Source: a virus. From it: DNA of 45,669 nucleotides. Positions within the stretch are counted from its first letter, which is position 1. Each line of letters starts with the position of its first letter. Made by a program: the position numbers and the translations under genes. Below are positions 23,146 to 32,455 of this stretch, piece by piece. A model generated the notes under the pieces. That model saw only the letters and a program-made list of their open reading frames with translations, was not told the origin of the DNA and searched no databases. The stretch is taken from the IMG/VR virus record IMGVR_UViG_3300031416_000018, positions 1 to 45,669 of that record, one strand, 5' to 3'.

Positions 23146-23339
23146 TGGCAAAGAAAGCAACAACTAAAAAGCAAATCCCTGTATTTAATAAATGCGTGGA
23201 TTGTTCGCACGGTGAATATTTGGATTATTTAGCCAATATGGATATGAACGGAAAGCCTATTTGTTTAAGGTGCCCGTTCAAAGAGTTTAACGTACCAAGA
23301 TTCGATAAAGCATGTAGTAACTTTAAAAAAAGAATATAA
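23145..23339 (+). CDS. Small Cys-rich (zinc-finger-like) protein (64 aa)
   Basis: CVDCSHGEY...CLRCPF...C. Confidence 0.55.
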   Translation: MAKKATTKKQIPVFNKCVDCSHGEYLDYLANMDMNGKPICLRCPFKEFNVPRFDKACSNFKKRI

Positions 23340-23650
23340 TGAAATACCAAGAATTAAAAGAGAGAGCCGAAAATTTAAGGGAGGATATGCAAAAATATTT
23401 AAGTGAGTATTTAATACCCTTGGCAAGGGGGCATAACTTTGAGAAGTATAATTTTTATATTGAGTGGAAAGATGATACATCAGGGTTGCCGCTTAAAATA
23501 CCTACAAAGGTAATGGAGATTGATTTTCATGGAGATTTGATATTAAACTTTGATGGTAGTTTGGAAGATGTTGAACTAGATTATTTAGGATTCATTGCAA
23601 TTATTGATTTAGTTTGGTTCTTAGAAGAATATGTAAATGAATTATCATGA
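23339..23650 (+). CDS. Hypothetical acidic protein (103 aa)
   Basis: TAATG overlap upstream, ATGA overlap with terL. Confidence 0.6.
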   Translation: MKYQELKERAENLREDMQKYLSEYLIPLARGHNFEKYNFYIEWKDDTSGLPLKIPTKVMEIDFHGDLILNFDGSLEDVELDYLGFIAIIDLVWFLEEYVNELS

Positions 23651-25194
23651 ATGAGGCAACATTAAAAGCCTACGAGGCAATAAAGAAAAACCCGGAAGTA
23701 TTAGTAAAGGCAGCGGCCCGGAAAAGGTTGCAGAATTTTGCCAGGTACGTACAGCCTGATTTGGTTTTAGAGGATTTCCACAAAGTATATTATGAGGTTT
23801 TAAATAGGTTCGCACATGGTAGGATTAAAAAGCTTATTGTTACGATGCCTCCACAGCATGGTAAATCTGAGGGATCAAGTAGAAAGCTGCCGGCATTCAT
23901 GTTAGGTTTGAATCCTGACCTTAAAATATCAATATGTTCTTATGGTGCCAGTTTGGCCCGTGACTTCAACCGGGATATTCAAAAGATCATAGATACCAGG
24001 GAATACCAAGAATTGTTTCCTGACACATTCCTAAACAACTCGAATGCTGTAACCATGTCAAACACATACCTACGAAATAGTGATGTGATTGAAATGGTAG
24101 GTCATAAGGGATCGTTAAGGGTGTTGGGTCGTGGTGGAGCATTGACCGGGAAAAGTATTGATGTTTCTATACTGGATGATTTGTACAAAGATTACGCAGA
24201 AGGAAATTCACCCGTTGTTCGTGAAGCTGCCTGGAAAATGTACACAACAGTAATTAAAAAAAGGCTTCATAATAATTCCCAGGAGTTAATTGTGTTTACC
24301 CGTTGGCATGACCAAGACCTAATTGGAAGGATAGAGAAAAAAGAGCAAATTATTGATGTTGAAACATGGGATGATTTGGATAATATACCAAAGGGTGCTT
24401 GGATTAGAATTAATTTCCAGGCTATCAAAGAGAATAAGCAAACCGAATTGGATAACAGAGAGCCAAATACAGCACTTTGGGAGGGAAAACACTCTTTAGA
24501 AAAGCTTATTTCTGAAAGGGAGTTGGATCCGGTTCAATTTCAATGCTTAAACCAGGGTGACGCGGGAAGCGCAGAAGGTAGATTGTACCAACCTTTTAAA
24601 ACATGGATAGAAAAATCAGATTATGGAACTTACATACGTTCGGGAAGTTATACCGATGTAGCTGATGAGGGAAGTGACTGTCTATTTTCTGCGTGTTATG
24701 ATATATATAAATCAAACAATACTGTATTTAATGAAAAAACAAAGCGATTTGAACCGCTTTTATTTGCTTTAATTACTGATGTTATACTAACAGAAGCAAA
24801 TACGGACGTAACCACAGTAACGGTACCCGCAATGATCAATCGCAATGGGTCCCAATGCTCATGGGTTGAATCAAACGCGGGAGGATCTCAATTTGCTAAA
24901 ACGATCACCAAGAAAGTTAAATCATTAGTAAATCAATTTTATCAATCTGGCAATAAGGAATCCAGAATCGTAACGGCATCAGCTTTGGTAAATCAGCATA
25001 TCATCATGCCATTTGGGTGGGAAACTACGTATAAAGATTTTTATGACCACGTTACCACGTTTTTACGTAATTTCCCCGCGAATACTCATGATGATGCAGA
25101 AGACGGATTGACCGGTATATATGAAAAAGAAATAGCAGACGGAAACATATTGCCGTATCATAATCAAAATAGAGGCGTTAAACGTAGAAATTAG
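23647..25194 (+). CDS. terL: Terminase large subunit
   Basis: Walker A-like VTMPPQHGKSEGSS, Walker B VSILDDLYKD, C-terminal nuclease-type NTHDDAEDGLTG; size and position are appropriate. Confidence 0.85.
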   Translation: MNEATLKAYEAIKKNPEVLVKAAARKRLQNFARYVQPDLVLEDFHKVYYEVLNRFAHGRIKKLIVTMPPQHGKSEGSSRKLPAFMLGLNPDLKISICSYGASLARDFNRDIQKIIDTREYQELFPDTFLNNSNAVTMSNTYLRNSDVIEMVGHKGSLRVLGRGGALTGKSIDVSILDDLYKDYAEGNSPVVREAAWKMYTTVIKKRLHNNSQELIVFTRWHDQDLIGRIEKKEQIIDVETWDDLDNIPKGAWIRINFQAIKENKQTELDNREPNTALWEGKHSLEKLISERELDPVQFQCLNQGDAGSAEGRLYQPFKTWIEKSDYGTYIRSGSYTDVADEGSDCLFSACYDIYKSNNTVFNEKTKRFEPLLFALITDVILTEANTDVTTVTVPAMINRNGSQCSWVESNAGGSQFAKTITKKVKSLVNQFYQSGNKESRIVTASALVNQHIIMPFGWETTYKDFYDHVTTFLRNFPANTHDDAEDGLTGIYEKEIADGNILPYHNQNRGVKRRN

Positions 25195-25202
25195 TAAAAA
25201 TC

Positions 25203-25230
25203 AACCTATCACAAATGATAGGTTTTTTTA
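25203..25230 (+). terminator. Strong intrinsic terminator after terL
   Basis: AACCTATCA-caaa-TGATAGGTT then T7. Confidence 0.8.
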
Positions 25231-25232
25231 TT

Positions 25233-25240
25233 TATCTTTG
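25233..25240 (+). promoter_or_regulatory. Possible -7 promoter box TATCTTTG directly after the terminator
   Basis: Matches TAnnTTTG, but no TTTG lies 19-21 nt upstream. Confidence 0.3.
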
Positions 25241-25311
25241 TACTTAACAATCATGCAATGGGTTAGCAGATTGAAAATCAAATTAATATTTAACGTTAAA
25301 AACATTTTATT

Positions 25312-25965
25312 ATGATTACAGGAGGTTGCCCATGTCCAAGGGGCGCAGCATTAGGAGACATAGACACAGTATTGTGTTTCGAGTCTTTCGGACAAATTCA
25401 AAAAGTAGCATTCCAAAGGCTTTACAAAGACAATGGAGACAAAAACAAGTTTGTTACTGCTACACCTATCACGACATTAGCATCATGGACCGCTTTATTA
25501 ACGGCCGCTGATTCAACAAAGGTTGTTGTTTCGCCTTACATTCAGGCGCCAACAAATGAGGCGGGAGCCGCAAGAACTTTTGGAGGTGGTAACGAAACGT
25601 TAGGGGGTATTGAGGAAATCATTGGCCGTGAACCTACACCGTTTACGGGGGCACTTAGAAGAATCCCACAGGATGTGATAAAGCAGCTTAAAGCATTACA
25701 GTGTGAAACTACAGGAGACGGACTAGGAATTTATCTATTTGATGAAAATGGTCAGATTGAAGCTATTGGAGACGAAACAACACCGGGGACATATTATCCT
25801 ATTCCAATTAGATCATTATTTATTGGTGATAAATCTCACGGAGGTTTGGAGGCACCAGATAGTAACGCTATTCAATGGACATTCATGCCTAACTATTCGG
25901 ATGATTTAAAAATCGTTAAACCTTCGTTCAATCCTTTAACGGACTTGAAAGTAGTAACACCTTAA
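25312..25965 (+). CDS. Hypothetical virion-module protein (217 aa) between terL and portal
   Basis: Long ATG ORF that looks more GC-rich by eye than the early genes; function not recognised. Confidence 0.7.
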   Translation: MITGGCPCPRGAALGDIDTVLCFESFGQIQKVAFQRLYKDNGDKNKFVTATPITTLASWTALLTAADSTKVVVSPYIQAPTNEAGAARTFGGGNETLGGIEEIIGREPTPFTGALRRIPQDVIKQLKALQCETTGDGLGIYLFDENGQIEAIGDETTPGTYYPIPIRSLFIGDKSHGGLEAPDSNAIQWTFMPNYSDDLKIVKPSFNPLTDLKVVTP

Positions 25966-25969
25966 AGTT

Positions 25970-26209
25970 ATGGAAGCAAAAAAACAAATGGTCTCACTAG
26001 AGGCCAACGGACAAAGCCAGGACTTTACGTTTGAACATGCCGAAAAGCTTTTGCAAATGTCAAATAATGGCGGTTGGAAATTGACACAAGATTCACAATT
26101 TAAATTTGAAAACAATGGCCTTAGAATTAGAGAAAATAAAAGAGGAACTGAAATCACCGACAAAAAAGGCGGTGATAAACAGAGCAATACAACAGCAGCA
26201 AAGGATTAA
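25970..26209 (+). CDS. Hypothetical protein (79 aa) overlapping the portal start by 95 nt
   Basis: ATG 4 nt after the upstream stop; the 3' third overlaps the portal frame. Confidence 0.45.
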   Translation: MEAKKQMVSLEANGQSQDFTFEHAEKLLQMSNNGGWKLTQDSQFKFENNGLRIRENKRGTEITDKKGGDKQSNTTAAKD

Positions 26210-27878
26210 ATTTCATGCTCAGGTAAATGTTGCAACCTTTTATTCCCAACCGCTTACAGACTTCTTGCAGTGGGTTGGAACTCTAATCCCAAAGGATAAA
26301 TTAAGAACTTTCAAAAGCCTTTTCCGTTTCCCTGTAAAAACCAATCAGATTACAGGAATTTGTTTTGATAAATTAAGCAGGGTATTCGATGGCCGAAACC
26401 CTGCTTTTAACTATCAATTCTTAAATTCAGAACAGCGTGAGGATTGGGAATACTACAGACAGAATGTATTAGATGAGCCTACAGTATGGCAAACTAAAGG
26501 ATGGGAATATTTTAAAACTGAAATAAATAGTGTTTTAGTTATTGATATGCCATCAGAGCCGGACCCATTCGATAAATATCCACAACCATATTTTTATTGG
26601 CTTACTATTGATAATGTGATATCGTATCAAGCTGATCCAACCACGGGAGTAATGGATTATATTATCTTTAAGCAGGGAAAGGATAAATTAGCAGTATTTG
26701 ATAAAGAACACTTCCAGGTTTATAAGTATGACAGCAGCAAATTAATAGTAGGTGAATTGATTATTGAAAACGAACATGGTTTAGGTTATTGCCCGGCCAG
26801 GTTTTTTTGGGATGAGCCGTTGAGGTTATCAGACCCAGACATTAAATCAAGCCCTTTAACTAAAGAATTAGAATCTTTAGATTGGTTTTTGTTCTTTCAT
26901 ATTTCAAAACGCCATTTAGATCTATACGCACCTTATCCTATATATTCAGGATATGAGCAGGATTGCAGTTATCAAAGTGAAAATGGCGACACGTGTGACG
27001 GTGGATTTATTGCAAATAGTTCTGGTGTTCTTAATGTTGGATTAGATGGTGCATTACAACCATGTCCTAAATGTGGAGATAAAAGGATTGCAGGCGTAGG
27101 ATCATTCATTGAGATCCCTATACCAAAACCAGACGGAAACGGGGGATATTCACCGGACCTTAGAAATCCGGTTCAGGTATTAACAATTGATTCTGGGTCG
27201 CTTCAATATAACGTAGATGAGGTATCAAGATTAAAAAACGAAATAATCACGTCTATCGTAGGAGTTGACAATGAAGCAATGGCAAACTATGCAATGAATG
27301 AAAAGCAAGTTTCTGGAAACTTTGAAAGCCAATCAACTATTTTGAATAGGGTTAAAAAAGGATTCGAAAGCGCTCAGGAGTTTGTTGATGAAACTATTTG
27401 TAAACTCAGGTATGGAAATGTTTTTGTTTCAGCAAAGATAAATTTAGGTACTGAGTTTTACGTACAGGACCCAATGGAATTACGTGAAAGGTATCAATCA
27501 GCCAAAGACAATGGAGCATCTGAAAGCGAATTGGATTCAATGCAGCGCCAAATTATGGAAACGGAACACCGTCATAATCCAACAGAGTTACAACGAATGT
27601 TAATCCTTGCAGAATTGGAACCTTACAGACACCTAACACGCCAGGAGGTTTTGGATTTAAACAGTCGTGGAGTCATAACGAATGACGAATTATATATTAA
27701 ATTGAATTTCGTAAATTTGATCCGTAGATTTGAGAGGGAAAACACTAATATATTGGAATTTGGAACTCAAATAGACTACAATAACAAAATAAATATTATT
27801 AATCAAAAATTATTAGATTATGCTAGTGAAAACACCAGAAGGGGAGAAGGACGTCCAAATCCTGAAACCCAACAGTAA
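26115..27878 (+). CDS. Portal protein (by size and position)
   Basis: 587 aa from the first ATG (the listed start 26106 is TTG); downstream of terL and upstream of scaffold/capsid genes; no motif verified. Confidence 0.5.
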   Translation: MALELEKIKEELKSPTKKAVINRAIQQQQRIKFHAQVNVATFYSQPLTDFLQWVGTLIPKDKLRTFKSLFRFPVKTNQITGICFDKLSRVFDGRNPAFNYQFLNSEQREDWEYYRQNVLDEPTVWQTKGWEYFKTEINSVLVIDMPSEPDPFDKYPQPYFYWLTIDNVISYQADPTTGVMDYIIFKQGKDKLAVFDKEHFQVYKYDSSKLIVGELIIENEHGLGYCPARFFWDEPLRLSDPDIKSSPLTKELESLDWFLFFHISKRHLDLYAPYPIYSGYEQDCSYQSENGDTCDGGFIANSSGVLNVGLDGALQPCPKCGDKRIAGVGSFIEIPIPKPDGNGGYSPDLRNPVQVLTIDSGSLQYNVDEVSRLKNEIITSIVGVDNEAMANYAMNEKQVSGNFESQSTILNRVKKGFESAQEFVDETICKLRYGNVFVSAKINLGTEFYVQDPMELRERYQSAKDNGASESELDSMQRQIMETEHRHNPTELQRMLILAELEPYRHLTRQEVLDLNSRGVITNDELYIKLNFVNLIRRFERENTNILEFGTQIDYNNKINIINQKLLDYASENTRRGEGRPNPETQQ

Positions 27879-28365
27879 CGAATATGACGTTACACCGCAA
27901 AACTACATTGTGCCGGAAGGCGAGGAGGGACAGTTTCACGCTATCGTGGAAATTAAACATTTTAGTTCGGTTGACGGATCTCGCTTGAGTATTCCAAGAA
28001 TCCAGAAGTTTGGCCAAAAATGGTTTGCAGATAATGGAGGAAAAGAAGCTTTAGTAAGACAAGGATATGATGTTATCGTGTTACATGATCCTAAAGCATG
28101 GATTGCTAAAAACGGCAAAAAACTAGAGGCTCAAAAAGCTGAGGCTGCCCAAAAAGCAGCAGAAGAAAAAGCAGCAGCAGCACAAGCAGCAAAGGAGGCA
28201 GAAGATGCAGCATTGCAAGAAAAGATTAGTGCTTTAGTTGCTGAGGGAGTGGCGGCAGCATTAGCGGCACAGTCAAAGCCAGTGGCAACAAAGGTAGTTG
28301 AGAAGCAAACACCAACGGAAGTTAAAACCGAGAAACAAGCCTCAAAGGAAGAGGATAAAAAATAA
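27820..28365 (+). CDS. Head-module protein with an Ala/Glu/Lys-rich helical low-complexity C-terminal half
   Basis: KLEAQKAEAAQKAAEEKAAAAQAAKEAEDAALQEK...; 59-nt overlap with the portal 3' end. Confidence 0.55.
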   Translation: MLVKTPEGEKDVQILKPNSNEYDVTPQNYIVPEGEEGQFHAIVEIKHFSSVDGSRLSIPRIQKFGQKWFADNGGKEALVRQGYDVIVLHDPKAWIAKNGKKLEAQKAEAAQKAAEEKAAAAQAAKEAEDAALQEKISALVAEGVAAALAAQSKPVATKVVEKQTPTEVKTEKQASKEEDKK

Positions 28366-28397
28366 TTAATTACTTAACAATTCAAAGGGTTAGAATT

Positions 28398-29345
28398 ATG
28401 GCACTTACAAACGAACTTTTAAAAGCAAACGAGGTTTTAGCCTCATTAACAGACGAACAATTAACAGCAATCATAACCTTATCAACGAATGATGAAGCGT
28501 CAGTAATTGGAAAGCATACAGGTGAGATTTATCGAAAGATGGATGAGTCTATTTCTTCAATCACAGGGATTCCACGTAACGGGGATGAAAAGACCTATTT
28601 ATATTTAGAGCGTGCAACGACTGGATTGAAAGAAAACGCGGCAAAGGTTACTGAATTTCAAACACAAGTTGATACCCTTACAAAAGAAAAAGTAAGGTTG
28701 GAAAAGGTTATTTCAGACGGGGCCGGGGATGCAGAAACAAAGAAGCAATTAAACCAGGCAATTGCAGATCTAACAAACGTAACCACTCAATACAACACAT
28801 TAAAAGAGCAACATGATACTGTTGTTAAAGGACACGAAAGCGAGTTGTTTAATGTAAGGGTGCAAAATGATTTAACGTCTGCTGTTAGTGGTTTTTCATT
28901 TAAACAAGATTTGCCAGAAAGTGTAACAAAAGTAATGTTAAATCAAGCGGTTGAAAAGATTAAAGGCATGAAGCCTGAGTATATTGACAATGGTCAAGGC
29001 GGAAAGGTTTTAGTTTTCAAAGATGAATCCGGGGCTGTTATGAGAAACCCAGATGATAAGCTAAACCCATATACAGCCGAATCTTTAATCAAAAAAGAAT
29101 TAACCGCCTTTGGTATTCTGGAAACCAAACCAGGTGCCGGAGCAGGAACCAACCCAGGTGCTAACGGTGGTCAAGATGGTCAGGGGGCAATGGTTGTTTC
29201 AAGTGCAAAAACGCAGGTTGAAGCAAATAAAATTATACATGATAGCCTCGTGAGCAAAGGATTGACGTTAGGATCTGATCAATATCAAACGGAAATGACA
29301 GCAGCGTGGAAAGATAACAATGTGGCGTCATTACCTTTACAATAA
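28398..29345 (+). CDS. Scaffolding-like coiled-coil protein
   Basis: Helical heptad-like stretches and a Gly-rich linker (KPGAGAGTNPGANGGQDGQG); immediately upstream of the capsid gene. Confidence 0.45.
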   Translation: MALTNELLKANEVLASLTDEQLTAIITLSTNDEASVIGKHTGEIYRKMDESISSITGIPRNGDEKTYLYLERATTGLKENAAKVTEFQTQVDTLTKEKVRLEKVISDGAGDAETKKQLNQAIADLTNVTTQYNTLKEQHDTVVKGHESELFNVRVQNDLTSAVSGFSFKQDLPESVTKVMLNQAVEKIKGMKPEYIDNGQGGKVLVFKDESGAVMRNPDDKLNPYTAESLIKKELTAFGILETKPGAGAGTNPGANGGQDGQGAMVVSSAKTQVEANKIIHDSLVSKGLTLGSDQYQTEMTAAWKDNNVASLPLQ

Positions 29346-29350
29346 ATAAC

Positions 29351-29384
29351 ATAGCGAGAATGCAAAATTTTCTCGCTATTTTTA
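29351..29384 (+). terminator. Hairpin/terminator upstream of the capsid gene
   Basis: ATAGCGAGAA-N9-TTCTCGCTAT then TTTT. Confidence 0.6.
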
Positions 29385-29443
29385 CAACATAATAATCAGG
29401 GCAAAAGGTAAGCCTAATTTTTAATTTTAATACAATAAAAACA

Positions 29444-30565
29444 ATGAGTTTAATTGCAACAAGAGTTCAGGCGTTAAGAATCGAAAACCCTGAGTTTGAC
29501 AAAAACATGACACGCCCAAGTGAATACGGGGCAATTGATTTTTTCATAGACCAAACAAACGCGGCAAGTAGTATCATTACACCTGAAATGCGTAATGCCT
29601 CGTTAAATTCTATGGGTAAAACCTTGCAAATTCCTGTTATTAACTATGATGCAGGGGTTACAGTATCAAATACACGTACATGTACAATCGCTGATGCTGA
29701 AAATACATCCGCTTTAGTTACTGTAACATATGCAACATTCCAAGTTGGTTTTACCATGGTTCCATCTATGTATAGTAATAACAATATCAGCTACAATCAT
29801 GACTGGAATCGTAAGATTGAGAAGGTTACAAGGGCTTTAGCTGATGCGTTAGATAAGGCAGCGGTGGCAGCTTTAGAGGCTAACAAATCACAGGTGTATA
29901 AAGACTTACTTTATTACACTAAAACGGCAAACGTCATCCAGGTTCCATTTGATATGAGAACTGAAATTCTGGGAGATCTTAATCCAATGATGAGAGCAAA
30001 CGCATATCCTGGTGTTATTCACCTTATTGGAAATGCCGGTATTGACTCAATGATCAGAAAATTAGGTCAGCATGCAGAGTTTAACGATGTAAACAAACGT
30101 CTTGAATATTCAGACAAAATTATGCACTATACTACTAACGTAGTAAACGAGGCGGGTGATTTTGCAACTGCATTTGCTGTAGAGGATGGAAACGTTGCAA
30201 TTCTTACAAGAGTTGATAGAGAATCAGCAAGAGCAGCGGGTCCAGTACAGGGGCACGAATGGGGTATGGTAACATTGCCTTTCATTAACATCCCGGTTGG
30301 ATCTCATTATTACAATGCGGTTGGGGATTGGTCAGCAATCGCGGGTGAGTCTACAGCGGATCTTACTTGTGCTGTTAAGGAGTTCTACGGATTTAGTATT
30401 GATGTTGCTTTCTTGGTGGCTTACAATAGCGATCCAACTACAATTGCAAACCCTATCATTAAGTTTGCAATTGATAGTCCGGTTAACCCTAACGTGGCAG
30501 CGCGTCCAGTTAGAATTGTAAACACTGAAACAAGTCCGGTATTTACACAAGCCGTTACACCGTAA
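29444..30565 (+). CDS. Major capsid protein (inferred)
   Basis: 373 aa, bracketed by two strong hairpins, follows the scaffold-like gene; composition is typical of structural proteins. Fold not verifiable by eye. Confidence 0.6.
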   Translation: MSLIATRVQALRIENPEFDKNMTRPSEYGAIDFFIDQTNAASSIITPEMRNASLNSMGKTLQIPVINYDAGVTVSNTRTCTIADAENTSALVTVTYATFQVGFTMVPSMYSNNNISYNHDWNRKIEKVTRALADALDKAAVAALEANKSQVYKDLLYYTKTANVIQVPFDMRTEILGDLNPMMRANAYPGVIHLIGNAGIDSMIRKLGQHAEFNDVNKRLEYSDKIMHYTTNVVNEAGDFATAFAVEDGNVAILTRVDRESARAAGPVQGHEWGMVTLPFINIPVGSHYYNAVGDWSAIAGESTADLTCAVKEFYGFSIDVAFLVAYNSDPTTIANPIIKFAIDSPVNPNVAARPVRIVNTETSPVFTQAVTP

Positions 30566-30590
30566 TACTTTTTTAAATTTATTATAATCG

Positions 30591-30624
30591 AAGGGATAGG
30601 ATTTTGTTTCCTATCCCTTTTTTA
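30591..30624 (+). terminator. Intrinsic terminator after the capsid gene
   Basis: AAGGGATAGGA-ttttgtt-TCCTATCCCTT then T5. Confidence 0.8.
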
Positions 30625-30638
30625 ATACAAAATCAACT

Positions 30639-31946
30639 ATGTACAGACTAAAAGAAATTCAGGATAATTTGTTGCATGTGGTAGGTTGGGAACAAAGTAT
30701 TAACCCGGCAACAGAAATAGACCCTTTTTTAACTCAGACGGAAAGCGGATTATATTTCCAGGGAGCGCACCCGCTAATGACATTAAATAATGTTGCTGCA
30801 ATTATGCCTGATGATTGGAATACGCAGTACAAAATATGGAATATCAATAAAAGTTACCTGGTAGGTGATAAGGTTAAAAATCTAAACGTTATATACATAG
30901 CAAAAGTAAATAATGTAGGATCTGAGCCAACAGCATCCAATACGGATTGGGCAGTTTACAATATGTTGTCTGATTACCTGGAAAGGGAAACAAGAAAGGG
31001 TATTGCATCAGTTGTTCAAAATTTCATCCAGATCAAGCAATTAAAAGAGGAAACTAAAAATTTGCTTCAAAGATCAACACTTTTTGATACATCAGGACGT
31101 GTAAATAATTTGGTTCCAAACAGCAGCAATTTAGTTGGATTTGAAATTGAGCCTACTAAATCAATGGGAGTAACTACCAAACTAGATAAGGTAGGATTAC
31201 AAATGAGAGGTGGCACGGGTGGAATGGTCCGTCTTTATATTTTCCATTCATCGAAAACAAGTCCAATAAAAACTGTAGATATCAACGTTTCAAATCCTAA
31301 TGGCTCGTTTCAATGGTATGTATTAGATGAATTTTATTTGCCATACATTAATAATTCAATCAATTCCGGTGGACGTTGGTTTTTATGTTATAACCAGGAT
31401 GAATTGCCAGAAGGAATGCAGGCAATAAATGTTGGACGTGATTGGAGCAATACGCCATGTGGAGGATGTAATGCCAACGACATGGCTAACTGGATGAATA
31501 TCACCAAATATATGAGGGTTTCGCCTTTCAGAGTCGGGGCGCCATCTACATTTGAAACATTCCCGGAACTTTGGAATTTGAATTCCATGATTTACACTAA
31601 TACTCAAAACTATGGGATGAATGTTGAATTAACGGTCGGATGCGATTTGACAGATTTTATTATTTCTCAGAAAGAATTGTTTCAAACAGTTATTCAAAGG
31701 CAAATTGCTATGATCCTATTGCGTACAATGGCTATGAACCCGGATGTATTAGTGAATAGAAATCAATCAAATGTAAATCAAATGCAAATCCTATATGAAT
31801 TAGATGGTAATAAACTGGCTGAACGTCCTAGCGGGTTAGGTTATGACCTGGAAAAAGCATATAAAGCACTTAGTTTAGATACTAGAGGAATCGATAAAAA
31901 TTGTTTAAGCTGCAACAATGGAGGTGTAAAGTACCGAACTATATAA
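30639..31946 (+). CDS. Structural protein with a CBM5/12-like carbohydrate-binding motif near the N-terminus
   Basis: WNTQYKIWNINKSYLVGDKVKNLNVIYIAKVNNVGSEPTASNTDW follows the W..Y..GD.V...G..Y.A......P.....W pattern. Confidence 0.55.
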   Translation: MYRLKEIQDNLLHVVGWEQSINPATEIDPFLTQTESGLYFQGAHPLMTLNNVAAIMPDDWNTQYKIWNINKSYLVGDKVKNLNVIYIAKVNNVGSEPTASNTDWAVYNMLSDYLERETRKGIASVVQNFIQIKQLKEETKNLLQRSTLFDTSGRVNNLVPNSSNLVGFEIEPTKSMGVTTKLDKVGLQMRGGTGGMVRLYIFHSSKTSPIKTVDINVSNPNGSFQWYVLDEFYLPYINNSINSGGRWFLCYNQDELPEGMQAINVGRDWSNTPCGGCNANDMANWMNITKYMRVSPFRVGAPSTFETFPELWNLNSMIYTNTQNYGMNVELTVGCDLTDFIISQKELFQTVIQRQIAMILLRTMAMNPDVLVNRNQSNVNQMQILYELDGNKLAERPSGLGYDLEKAYKALSLDTRGIDKNCLSCNNGGVKYRTI

Positions 31947-31990
31947 TTTGAATGTTATTTTGTATATAATAATCTTTAAAAATTGTATTT

Positions 31991-32455
31991 ATGGGACTTA
32001 ATTTAATTGTAAACTTACTAAACAGAACTAAAGATTTTGAATCGAAGTTGAAAGAAGGTGTTTTTATCCGGGAAATAATTTTGGAGAATGAAACATTTAT
32101 TGTGAATCTCAATGCAGAGGACCAATTGTTTGACCATGGTATAAATAGTTTAGGAGTGCATATTGATGATTACGCGCCATACAGTGAGTACACTATTGAG
32201 ATTAAAAAAGCAAAAGGACAGCCATACAATAGGGTTACCTTACATGATGAAGGTGATTTTGCAAACTCTATATTTATTGAGGCGGGTAATGATCAATTTG
32301 AAATAAAAGCGTCCGATTCAAAAACACAGGCTTTAATTAGGAAATATGGCCGTCAGATATTAGGGTTGACAAATGAAAATTTACATGAGGTAATTTGGAA
32401 ATATATTTATCCTGAATTATTAAAAGAAACTAAAAAATACATATATGGAAAGTAA
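31991..32455 (+). CDS. Hypothetical head-tail joining region protein (154 aa)
   Basis: Position between the capsid and tail genes. Confidence 0.6.
   Translation: MGLNLIVNLLNRTKDFESKLKEGVFIREIILENETFIVNLNAEDQLFDHGINSLGVHIDDYAPYSEYTIEIKKAKGQPYNRVTLHDEGDFANSIFIEAGNDQFEIKASDSKTQALIRKYGRQILGLTNENLHEVIWKYIYPELLKETKKYIYGK

Noticed and set aside
25326-25511. Nested + strand alternative-frame ORFs (25326-25511, 19179-19373, 19562-19762, 30297-30521, 39568-39780, 41446-41637, 42961-43146)
   Set aside because: They lie entirely within longer ORFs that have better context, and their Arg/Leu-rich or odd composition looks like off-frame translation. No independent signals support them.
28120-28270. GCA/GCAGCA-rich repetitive DNA; considered as a tandem repeat or CRISPR-like array
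   Set aside because: It is simply the coding sequence of an Ala/Glu/Lys-rich helical segment (AAQKAAEEKAAAAQAAKEAEDAA). There is no repeat-spacer periodicity, and no CRISPR array exists anywhere in the window.
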